Below are positions 13,190 through 24,688 of a stretch of 64,000 nucleotides of DNA, one piece after another. Origin of the DNA: Octopus sinensis (taxonomy: Eukaryota); the NCBI RefSeq assembly GCF_006345805.1, contig NC_043001.1, positions 58,528,001 to 58,592,000 of the forward strand. The letters run 5' to 3'. The translations under genes were made by a program, and so were the position numbers. The notes below the pieces were generated by a model. It saw nothing but the letters and a program-made list of their open reading frames with translations. It was not told the DNA's origin and did no database searches. Position 1 is the stretch's first letter; every line of letters starts with the position of its first letter.

Positions 13190-13689
13190 AAGCACCAGCA
13201 TGCCAACTGACACAGTTAAAATATATCAAGGAATTATTTAGCAAAGGTAAACTTTAAATGTTCATGTAAATCATAGACAAACTTTGTTGTTAATCTGCTT
13301 TAGAAATATAGAGGAATTAATAACTTGAAATGAAGCTGCTTACATAAAATGGATTTGTTGCTTTAGGAAGTTAATATTCATTCAGTAGATATATTATCAT
13401 TATAAATATTACCAAATTTTGAAATTCATTTCATGATTAGAGCTAATTTTCAAAATCTAGGCGAAGTAGTATGTTTTAGAAGGTGAACTCTGCATTGTAC
13501 TCACCATTAAATATGGCACGATGAATACCTTTATCTTGTTTCGTCATTCAACTTTCTTACGCCCTGTTTATTTTTATGTATCTATAATTCGCTGCAGACT
13601 ACACGTTTTCTTCATACTGTAAAAACAGAATTAGTACAATACAGCACCAGGATAGACTGGTTCATAGGCTGACCTAAATAGTGTCATGG

Positions 13690-14370
13690 AATGTGACCAA
13701 ATGAGATATATTTTTCAACATAATCCTTCCTGTGGTTCACACACTTCTTCCTTAGTTGTTGCAATGCTTAGATCTTATTGCTTAAGCTTTCATCCTGTTG
13801 GTCACAAAAAGTCAACAAGCAGATATTATGTCATCATCATTATGATGGTGATTCCTAGTCAAGTGTTTTTTGTTAATGGCAAACAGATGGTAGTCAGATG
13901 CGGTCAATTCAAGAACCTAGGTAGCCTGATCAACAAGTTTAAAGCCACAGTCACGCACAGCAGCCATTGAAGCCAATGACTTGTGTGCAAGAGCATTATC
14001 TTGATGGAACAAGTCCCTTTCGTAAGTTTTCCAGGGTGTTTTGGTATTAAAGCCTTTTATAACTACCTCAGTCCCTTAGCATATTACTCTCCATTGTTGG
14101 TGTGACCCTTTTGAAGACACGAAATAAACAAAATGCCTTTTACATATCCAAAATTAAGGCTATATCTTCCCTGTAGATGATAAAACATCGGCATTTTTTG
14201 CAACAAGTGAGGACTGTTTCTACGATTTGTATTGCCTCTTCAACTGTGGCTCAAAGCCATGAACCCAAGACTTATCGTTGGTTTGGAAACGTTAAAAGAA
14301 CCCAGCTGGATCTGATTCAAACCTTGTCAGATTTTCCATTGCGACTGTACTTGGATCCTTGTGGTTGAGA
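13690..14370 (-). mobile_element. mariner transposase remnant (second subfamily)
   Basis: Manual translation of the minus strand: TNDKSWVHGFEP, LFHQDNALAHKS, ELTASDYHLF, NDDDIISA, GRIMLK/DYVEK-like end. Confidence 0.8.
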
Positions 14371-15317
14371 AGCATATTTCTAACCACACTCCTAAGCCTG
14401 TTCCTATATAATACTGTAATTCCTGTTTTGAATTTTTATAGTGTTTTCCGGGGAATATTAAGCAAAACGTCATGAAATGTTGATATACATTATTTTTCAT
14501 GAGTTTATAATTCTTTTCAGTCTATTTTCAGCTTTAGAGAAGAATATTTTACCTTTCAAACCCGCAAGTACTCTTTGGCTTGGCGAGATTATACCACGAA
14601 GAAGTGCAAAAGCAGACTGCCACGTGGTTTGTGTTTATGGCTTTCTAACTGGCAGAAACATTATTATTTTTACACATACATGCAAAACCGTGTGACCACC
14701 TGTTAAAGCATGCACCTGGGATCTAGACAAAACAAATCATCCGCATTTAAGCGAAGTCACAGGTTCAACGTGTTAAACTTATTTACGTCCAGAGTATTAT
14801 TTAATCGGTTAGATCTTGAATCGTCAAGTGTCTCAGATTTATATATACTTATTTGATTATCACTGTACAACTTATTTTCGGAAACAAATATTCCTGCTTT
14901 GTATTCAATCCGATATTATACTCATATCCAACTTTGTCATATGTTGACTATCGTAGACAAAGTTAAACATTAAAAAATTTTAATTTCTTAAGATGCAGTA
15001 AATTGTCCAAAATAGTATAATCTCATTAACTATTTGAAATTTTTGTGAAGATCAAAAGTTGTTGATTTCTTTTGTTTCGTCTGAACAATTTTAGAGTTGT
15101 AGATGCTTTTATATATTTTTTCGGAGCGTAATTCTTTTGATATAAGATGTTTATAAGAATTTATATTAAATTTATAGAAAATTCACTCAGTGATTTCAAT
15201 TTCAAACTTTTAAAATGATTTCGAAGTTTTCAACTCTCTAACTATCTATTCGATGAAAGTACAATAGACCTGACCAACTTATAATTGAAATAAATTGAAT
15301 AAGAAACCAGAAGTGTG

Positions 15318-15351
15318 TATACACACACACATACACATATACACACATACA

Positions 15352-15400
<49 letters not shown>

Positions 15401-15420
15401 ACACACACACACACAAACAA
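15318..15420. repeat. (CA)n microsatellite
   Basis: Direct reading. Confidence 0.95.
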
Positions 15421-16003
15421 ACAAACAATCGAGCACAAATGCAGTACATGTTTAAATATGCATATGTATATTTTTGTGAGTATTTTTTGACAGGCATGAA
15501 CACTATCTTTTTGGCAATATGTAAAATTACACTAAATTTCTCTTTCATTTTTTTTTATTACAGCAGAATATGATTTGAGCGATTTGAGCAGCTATTTCTT
15601 TAAGGCGAACGATGTGTTTGTCTATTGTAGTTGAGATTGCTGCCGATTAGGTGGTGTTGGCTATATCAATGACGCATTATGCCAAACATCATAAAAAAAC
15701 ATATGTTCCCCTAACCAAAAGAAGTATTGTAATATTACCAATGCAGATTTTTGCCCAGGACTACAATTACTTCACTATCTATAACCCAAGTTTACGTAGC
15801 TGTAGTTCCACACAAGGAGATTGAACGAATCAAAGCATATGATTCATTACATGAATGTTTGATTATTCGAGTGAGAGCGCATGACCTAGTGAGATTGTGG
15901 GATACAAAGTAAAATATTGTTATGTTTCGTGTCTAGGCGTTGCAATGCAATGGTAAAGGAAACACAATTATGACATTACTACGTGTATTCGATATGACAA
16001 CCT

Positions 16004-16066
16004 CTTATTTACATTATTTACATTTGACGGATATTTGTCCTCATCTTGTTTGTTGTTAACACAACG
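16004..16066 (-). mobile_element. 3' fragment of the hammerhead-bearing short element (same family as 23813-23940 and 51279-51400)
   Basis: Reverse complement cgttgtgttaacaacaaacaagatgaggacaaatatccgtcaaatgtaaataatg matches the other two copies. Confidence 0.85.
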
Positions 16067-18494
16067 ATATATGACTATAATATTTCTATTTGATGTGTTG
16101 TTAACTTATGGAAAGAAATGTCATAAAATTCAACAATTTGGTTAAAAATGGAAAAAAACATGTTAAAATTTTCAAGTGAATTTTAATTCATGCAGAAGAT
16201 CGTTTAGTAAAGGGATATAAAAAATATGCAATGTCATGACTGAATTGAAGTAAATTAAATTAATAAAATTAATTAATTAATTATATATCAATGTACATTT
16301 CAGTTCAGGAAGTGTAAACAAAACTTTTACAATAAACTTCAGAACAGAAACAGCGGAAGAATAGAATCTAGGAGATTCATATTTATCCATATGAAAATAT
16401 ATGTGTGTCCAGTTAGGTATTAACTATAGCTAAAGGCTATAACGGTAAGTAAAGAGGTTTCAGAGGTGATCCTATATAGACGAGTAAGTTTATTAGAAAT
16501 TTTAACTCCAAAAAGGTCGCGTAGGACAATAATTGTATAGAAATGTCCAATGGAAAGGCTTGGCTATATTTGAATTAAGATATGACCTGACAGTTAAGCA
16601 CTTTACTTAGTGTCGTTGATATCATTTAAAAAATTATACATGGGAATGAAGATGATCTAGCGGAGTTAGTACATAAAGAGCTCATACAAGATAGTTAACA
16701 TAAACAAGTATTAGAGAGTTAAGAGAGTTAAAGCGAGAGAATAAGATGCATGAGATGGACTTATGTTTGCGTATGAACTAATGATCGTTAGTAAATATTA
16801 AATACAAGGTAGAAAAATAAGTAAACAGAGAAACAATATTTGTTAATATTACAATTTAGATAGTAAATACTTCCTATGGCTATAAACAGGGAAACGTTGA
16901 AGCTGAAATAGATACTAAATGGTGGAATGCGGGAAAGTAAATAAATGTAGGGAATATAAATGAAGTGGGAAAGAAAATAGCAATTAAAAAGTATTATTTT
17001 ATATGTATTCATATGTAAGGTCATACAGTAACTGTGTTTTAGTATAAATATAAATGTATTATGAGGTAACAAAATGGCTTGGCATAATGAGAGAGAGATA
17101 ATTCAATGGTATTAGGGTAGTATTAATATTCAAGTAATGGAGGTGTATTGTGTGTTATGAATATAAGAAAAGATGCGAGTTTGCAGTTGCACATAAGTAT
17201 ACAAATAAATTCATACATAATGTCGAAGAAAAATAATCTATCAAGGGAAACTAGTGTTTGTATATTTACTCATACGTGAGTAGAGGCATATCTGCACATT
17301 AGTATACATAGTTACAGAAGTTCTAGTTGATTTTAAAAGCATAAACACCGTGCACAAACATATACACATACCGGTGCAAGGAGGAGAAAGGCTCACACGT
17401 ATAGATATAAATACACACACATATAAAAATAGAAGTATATATATATATATATGTATGTATGAGAAACATACGTATATATGCAGATACACACGTTCATATT
17501 AAAAATACATGTTAATAGCAATATTTAGTAAATAAAATATTAGATGTAGACACAAAGATGACCTATAAGATTCATACCTAGATATGCACACATGGGTGTT
17601 GACATGTAGGGCAGCAAGAAGTACTATATGTGCCAAATTTTTTTACATAGACCTGTGCTGTTCTATTTTCTAAAAAAGATCTCTGATTATAAATTCTCGA
17701 TTTAAGTGAATTTTCCGTGTAAACCACGTATATCCATCTAAAGGAGTCCTAAGACATAACAGTCGCTTAGTATACTTCTTTCATTTTGCAAATCCTATCT
17801 ACTTCACAGTCATTTGGGTCTCTACAATTACAATCTAAATTAGTGGGTGGTACTATGGTCTATATTTATTTAGGATACTGGTGTTTTTATTATTATTATT
17901 ATAGTAGTTGTCAATTATAGGATTATTGCAGGTACAAGGTATTTTTATCGTAGTGTTTTTATTACTACAGAATAGATCCAGTTTCTTATTGTTAAAATTA
18001 AAAAGATTCTCCTAAAGGAATTTGGAGAAATTGAAAATCTAAATCGATTTTTTATCATTAAATATTTTAGCATATTCACAGCATTTCAACATTTATTGAT
18101 TATCATTCTAATGGATCTAATAAAGTTAGACTTTAGCTGTTTGGCAAAAGGGATCCAAGTAGTGTTACTGCTGTTTTCTTTATTAGAATGTTGACTTGAA
18201 TTTGGGGAATCAGATATTCTCACACAAAGTATTGGTTTCTTTTTTGCTATTCTATTCTATTCATTCAACTGGACATAGACAACTATTACCAATCCATTAA
18301 CCCCATCTTCTTATGTAAGACACTCATCTTCGCCAAGATTAGTACTAAATTATCAATGAAAGAAATAAAAATTATACTTGAAGCTAGAAAGTCTATAATA
18401 TATCATGAAAATAAATTTGGGCCGGAAAAAAATACACCAGGCTCTTCTGATGTAACCATGGGCGCGTAATACTCCGCAGAGATAACTGCTATAT

Positions 18495-18607
18495 GTGTAG
18501 CTATGTGGTAAGAAACTTGCTTCCCAACCTCATAGTTCCGGGTTCAGTCCTAATGCGTGGTACCTTGTGTGAGTGCCTTCTTCTACAGCCTCGGGCCGAC
18601 CAATGCC
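18495..18607 (+). mobile_element. SINE family A, 5' part
   Basis: gtggtaagaaacttgcttcccaacc..ccgggttcagtcc..gcgtggtaccttg..gcctcgggccgacc. Confidence 0.85.
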
Positions 18608-20516
18608 GAGTAAGAGAATAAAACAATGTATATGCTTACATAGATACATATGCGTATACATGTCATTGCGTTTGTGAGTGTGTGTGTATCTCTTTGTGTG
18701 TGTGTGTGTGCCTGCGTGTGTGTGTGCGGGGTGCCACAGTCTGCACAAAATGAGCAAGAATAGGCTTCAACATATTAAAAGGAAAAAGAGCACAGCTTTA
18801 TTAAAGACCTTCCCGAGTGGCTACACCGTGATTTGAGGAATCCATATGTGGTCAATCGTTTTAATGTGACCTTCACATTTTCGATACATTGGAATGTTAT
18901 TTCGAACTATGTAAAGCACCAATGCTTGATTTGTGCTCTGTGCGTACTATATATGAGCATTTGAGTGTGTGCGTTAGTGGTTGTGTCTCTGTGTGTCTGT
19001 GTAAACAGTAGTGACAATTTTGCCGGTGATAATTCTGATGAAAACAATTGTGGTGTGTAATAGTGTGTGTATGTGTATTTGTGTGTTTGTGTGTGTGTGA
19101 TGGTCGTAGACTATCACCATAAATTGATATGATTACAATAGATTTCCTTTAACATCATTAATTCGCATTTATTTATATTTTTTCATACATCACATACTAT
19201 TTCTCATCTTTGATATAAACATATCCTCTTCGCAGTGATTTAACGAAAACAAAATTATAAACATCAGTAATCGTCTTAAAAGTTACGAATAAATATGTTA
19301 AATATGTTATGTTGAAAAGAATATTAAAATATCCACAGAACATAAAATATAGATTCAAATACAGTTCTGAAGGAGCTACATTTGCATCAGTTGCTCCCCA
19401 CAAAATGCCAAGTAATCCAATTAATTATGACATCTGCTCAAAGGAAAGATAATCTTAAATGAAACTCATCATTTGATTATAGAAATGCAACAACGAAAAA
19501 TATGAAGATTAATATCCCTTCGTTATCAAAATGACTTTACAAAAATGTCTCTATGTCAGAGTAACTTCTAAAATATAAACATTGATAAATCTAGTACATG
19601 GAATTATCAAATAGTAAATTATAATGTTCATTTCATTATATTTTCCATTTCTTCATTTTCTTAACATTTAAAGAAATCCTACTTGTTTATGATACCAGAT
19701 AGGCTTCTTTTATCTCAAAACTAGAACCTTTTGCTAAATATATCGGTCTGAATTTCCACTGGAACATGAATGAGAATCAAACTCCAGGTTGAATGTAATG
19801 GATGGTGAGTACAACTACACATTCCAAGTTAAGCATCAATACAGAAAATAATTAAGAAGCAAAAAGTGCCTATGTAGTAATCGTCATGTTATACATAACA
19901 TACTAATCTCAACGACACTACACTCTACTGTCTTAAAAACGTTTCTTTGGATAACATTATCTGAAATACGCTAAACATAAGAAAGACGGACTGGTCGTCA
20001 TTGGAAGCAATTGGTATCGATGCTTGCTTATTGTATATTTACTGAAGGGTGTTTAACATCAGTAGCAACAACCTTTAACCAAATCAACCATCGCTATTAC
20101 ATGACTATTGTACTCCGATTTGTGGAGTTATTCCAATATTTATAGGTACTAATATAATTTCGTTAACAAAAAGAATTTGAGAGATTTTACTACGTGCTCT
20201 TGGAAGACATTGCATATTTCTGTTAAATAAAATAATAAATAGAAACCACTACCGATTCACAGTCGAGTGCTTTTTATTAGAAAATGCATCAAGTTTTAAA
20301 ATAGTTCCTTCAATAATTCATGCAAAATATATATACAGAAAAAGATATATACCGAAAATTCTAAAAACAGTCTAACCTTTACTTGCATGGAAACAAAAAC
20401 AGGAACTTATTTTAAAATTATTTAACATTTCTTTTAATGGTTTGGTTGTTAAGGATTTAAGCAAACTATAAATGCTTTAAGCTTCTGTGTTTTTTAGGGA
20501 TGAATAATCGAATAAC

Positions 20517-20576
20517 AGCAGCAGCAGAAGCAGCGGCAGCAGATGCAGCAGCAGCAGTAGCAGCAGCAGCAGCAGT

Positions 20577-20672
<96 letters not shown>
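20517..20672. repeat. Compound (CAG)n/(TAG)n microsatellite
   Basis: Direct reading. Confidence 0.95.
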
Positions 20673-20673
<1 letters not shown>

Positions 20674-21390
20674 CAAATGAAAAGCAAACTCACATCATGT
20701 TTCCTTTGGGGAAAAGAATGAACATGATGTTTGAGTGAGAAAATGGATAAAGAAAGCAACAATGATGGGAACATACAAAAAGAAAATAGTAAAACCAATA
20801 TTCCTTTAAGCTTATGTCAGAATCAGGTTTTTAAAATATATATACTCAATTCAAGCATAGCAAGTGAATACAAAGAGCAAGACAATGTAAAAATTGGTAG
20901 AGAAAGCATAGATGGCGGGAAAGAAAGACAGTGGGAGAGAGACACAGAAAGAAATAAAGAAATATCGTAAGAAAAATGAAAGAGAAATCGAGCGAAGAGT
21001 AACGCGGCAAATAAGGATTACTGATTGGAAACATTTTCCCGTAACATGACAGCTTTTCCAGTTCTTAAGATGAGCAAATTTTGGATTTTGAATTTACACA
21101 TCAGAGAAAAATCTATACATTGTTTGGTGAGGAACCATCTATGTGGTACAGAAATACATTCATCTTTTAAAAATATCTATAACGCCTTCGTATGAAATTA
21201 ATTTGGATAAAATAAACACAAAAAACGCATGCATGCACGAATACACACTTTCAAATCCAGAAAACAGAAAACACATCCATTACACAGTTATATCATTAAT
21301 AAAGAAACAAGGTTGTGGAAGGCGAAAACTTATATGTAAATCCAATGGTGATTTATTTAAGATTACAAATAGATTTGGTAACAAACAAAC

Positions 21391-21430
<40 letters not shown>

Positions 21431-21447
21431 CTGATGATGATGATGAC

Positions 21448-21501
<54 letters not shown>
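21391..21501. repeat. (GAT)n microsatellite
   Basis: Direct reading; source of the poly-M ORF. Confidence 0.95.
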
Positions 21502-21505
<4 letters not shown>

Positions 21506-21580
21506 AATAAGGAAACTGCGACGCTGCTGATGTTGCTGAAGATGTTAATGGAGGTACAGGCACAGACTAATAGTAAAATA

Positions 21581-21657
21581 CACTTGCTCAAGGTTCCAGG
21601 TAGTGGGACTGAACTGTGAACCACACAACTGAGAAGCGAACTTCTTACCACACCGGC
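21581..21657 (-). mobile_element. SINE family A head, degenerate
   Basis: Reverse complement of the head seen at 18495. Confidence 0.7.
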
Positions 21658-22457
21658 AAAACCACCAGCAACAACATCAAAGACATTAACCACTCTAGAC
21701 GGAAACAAAGGAAGCTCTCTCACCCACCTCAAACCAAACACAAATAAACACACAAACAAGATTATAAACATTGACACAGACACAATTAGAGCAACAGACC
21801 CTTCCTCTTCCATTAGTGAAGATGAAGGAGAAACAAACGGTAAAAAAAATAAAGAAATAAAGAAAACATAAATGAAAAATTCCACAAAGCATAAAAAACA
21901 CCCACAATAAATAATACAGAAACCACCCACGAAAACATCTCCCCAACTTCAACACGACCAACTATCACCAGAATCCCTCAAACGCATACAATCTTAACTA
22001 AAACAGACACTTACACAAACATCTAAAATTGCAGACACCACATTCACAGCACACACATACATAAACAACGGAAAGAAAACCACACTAGCAAACAAATTAC
22101 ACAATACCATCAGAAAACAACAAACTTCATACTCATCAGAAGTTACAACGGGGAACTGATGGCCCTCGTAACACACAAAAATAAACAAAATTTGAAACAC
22201 AAGGGTGGGTGGTATTTGAATCGAACACATTTCGTGTACTCGAAGGTTAAATTCGGATGCGAATATCGCTCGATTCGTTCGCAAAAAATAAAGAGAGCTT
22301 TCCGGATGACGTAGGAACGTGAGATCAAAACTGAGGCTGTTAAAAGTGTCCCCCTTCCAAAACAAAAACGCCACCAATTATGGAAGGGCCTTCACAAGAC
22401 CTTCACAAGACACCGAGAGGTAAGTAAACCTTTCCCTTCTCTCTTTAGCTTGCCAAC

Positions 22458-23812
22458 ATGGCCATACTAAGAGTAGGATTTTAAATGTTCGAGGCCTAGG
22501 TCACCCTGGAAGCAGGGGCGCCTGCAGAACGACCTCGGGTCTCTAGAATTTGACCTAATTGCTGTCAATGAGACCAGCATTTCTACTACCCGAGCACTGA
22601 CCTCCATGTTCGACGACTAGCAGATCTTTGCATCTGTTAGTCGGCCAGAAATGGGAGATTGAGTGGCCGTGCTATTTAAGAAACAACTGAACTTCGAGGT
22701 AAAGTCGATCCTCCGGGACCCGGACGGGAAGTTGATGGCCCTGGGCGTGAGCAATAGAGAAGCTAGTGTCTTTAGACTGTTGGCCGTCTTCGCTCGTACC
22801 GGAATCAAACAGCCGGATTTCTTTAGGTGTCTGAATCCCTTTCTATGTACATCTCACCATTTACTTTAGTAGGTGAGTGGAACGGAATCTTAGATCAAAG
22901 TTGGGATTGTGTGGGGTAGCTAATAGAAGAGGGGCGTGCAAAAGCCTCAAGCACATGACCAGCCAGTTCTAACTGTCTGACTGGTACTGACGACATTCTC
23001 CTAATACGGCAGTGTTGAACTGGGATAACTCCTTAGGGCCATCTAGATCATATATAAATAGGGTTTTATCTAAGAAAATAGATAATAATAATGTAGGTTG
23101 TCCACTACTTAAAACGGTCACCTATTCAGATCTTACGTTTGTAATCTGTGCGGTCGACTAGATAAGACGCATATGTTAGGACCCGAGTACTGAAAACTGA
23201 ACAGATGGCTTCCGGCACGTAAGGCTTACAGGGACCGGAACAGAAATTTACATAAGCAGAAATTGAGAGGTAGTGTCGTGAACATCAGGTAGGTAGTGGG
23301 AGGCTCTCAAAATAGAGATTAATATCGATAGAGTTTAGCAAAGAAATATCGTCAGAAAAAATAGATAAGGTGAGGGGTTAGTGGTTAAACTAGACGAGGC
23401 TATTTGTAAAGGCATTGCACCAAAAGTACCAGCAGTGAGAATGGCTTTAGATCATTTCTTCAATGTCAGGTTGCGTGTGCTCTAAGAAAAGAGAGGATCA
23501 AAGCTTGTCGAGGGGCCCACATGCCGAAGGTGTAGCGTGGTAGCAATACCACAATTCGGTTTCTGACAACGGACACGACCAGAGCAATTCCAGGCAGATG
23601 TGTGAGGCATTTTTCCGTTACTTTGCTAGGTTGTTCAGAGAGAATGGCTAGGCAGACTTCAGTCCCTATCTCGTTGGTTTTCTACGTCTATGAGCGGCTG
23701 ACGCTGAGCGCTGCGAATGACAGATAAATTCAGCCGAAATTCAGAATGCACATGTCGGCTGCACGATGCACAAGTCACTCGGTTTAGATTGTCAGCCCTA
23801 TGAACTTTACGT
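22458..23812 (+). mobile_element. L1/Tx1-clade ORF2 remnant (APE endonuclease to start of RT)
   Basis: MAILRVGFLNVRGLG at 22458, AVNET, VAVLF, LVGEWNGILD; KSLGLDCQPYELY (a KSPGLDG-like RT N-terminal motif) just before 23812. Confidence 0.85.
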
Positions 23813-23940
23813 AAATATATCTTATTTACGTTATTTATATTTAACGGATATTTGTCCTCAACTTGTTTGTTGTTAACACAACGTTTCGGCTGATATACCC
23901 TCCAGCCTTCATCAGATATCTTGGGGAAATTTCGAACCTG
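23813..23940 (-). mobile_element. Short non-autonomous element with minimal hammerhead, inserted in the L1/Tx1 remnant
   Basis: Interrupts L1 coding sequence; homologous to 16004-16066 and 51279-51400. Confidence 0.8.
23875..23920 (-). ncRNA. Minimal type I hammerhead ribozyme (Penelope type), probably decayed
   Basis: Minus strand reads GATAT-CTGATGA-A-GGCTG(10 nt)CAGCC-GAAA-CG-TT-GTGTT: full catalytic core, 5-bp stem II, palindromic ACGU stem III, wobble-rich stem I. Confidence 0.75.
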
Positions 23941-24139
23941 CATTCGAAAATGGCCCGTGTGAGATGACCAACGCAAATAATGCGCCTGTAGGCTAGTGAA
24001 TTTGAGAGGGATAAGAGTGTTCCTTCCCGGATACCCTCGGGGGAGGGTCGAGTTGTTCAGGATTGGTGGGTAACCTGAACCAACTCCAGGTAGTTACCTC
24101 CCACTATTTGGGAACTTTCAATTTTATACTCTTTTGTTG

Positions 24140-24250
24140 GATATCATAGATATTGATTTAATTTTGTACTCGTTGATGCTGCGTAAAACTCCCACTGTCC
24201 ATGTCTACTCTCTTGTCCTCTATGTGTCAGCCCTAGTGGCTAATAAATGA

Positions 24251-24252
<2 letters not shown>
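24140..24252 (+). mobile_element. SINE family B 3' remnant running directly into the (AAT)n tract
   Basis: tcttgtcctctatgtgtcagccctagtggctaataaatgaaat resembles the family B tail gtcccctctgtgtttagccccttgtgggtaataaagaaat. Confidence 0.5.

Positions 24253-24322
<70 letters not shown>
24251..24322. repeat. (AAT)n tract, first spacer of the Dong cluster
   Basis: Direct reading, about 24 units. Confidence 0.97.
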
Positions 24323-24323
<1 letters not shown>

Positions 24324-24668
24324 TGCCCTGGGAATGATAGCAAAAGGGGCTGATAGCTACCTAACTCAGATACCAGGAAACCCAAAAATGGCAGAAGTTC
24401 AAAAGATAGTGCTCATGGGAACTGCTCATATCCTACGCAAAATACTCTCTATGTAATCTCAAGGTTTAAAACAAACATAATTTTCGGTTTAAAAAAAAAA
24501 ACCTTTTTTTTTTAGACATTCATTAGTACAACATCGCCACCCCACCCCCCAAATATATGGTACACCAGGCATAACAACAACATGAACTTCCAATCCTGTT
24601 GTCTCTTGAGGTCTCTGGGTGAGACTTGGAGCCAACTTGTACAAATATAAAGCAAAAGTCAAACATAG
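24323..24668 (+). mobile_element. R4/Dong-type non-LTR retrotransposon, lineage B, heavily 5'-truncated (B1)
   Basis: ALGMIAKGADSYLTQIPGNPKMAEVQKIVLMGTAHILRKILSM* plus 3'UTR; near-identical to the end of B2; flanked by AAT on both sides. Confidence 0.92.
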
Positions 24669-24688
24669 AATAATAATAATAATAATAA

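Noticed and set aside
21660-22330. A/C-rich decayed reading frames upstream of the L1/Tx1 ORF2
   Set aside because: Possibly a LINE ORF1 relic, but there is no diagnostic motif and there are several stops.
23785-23812. Mariner-like terminal sequence gtcagccctatgaac
   Set aside because: It reads in frame as L1 RT motif KSLGLDCQPYELY, so it belongs to the LINE.
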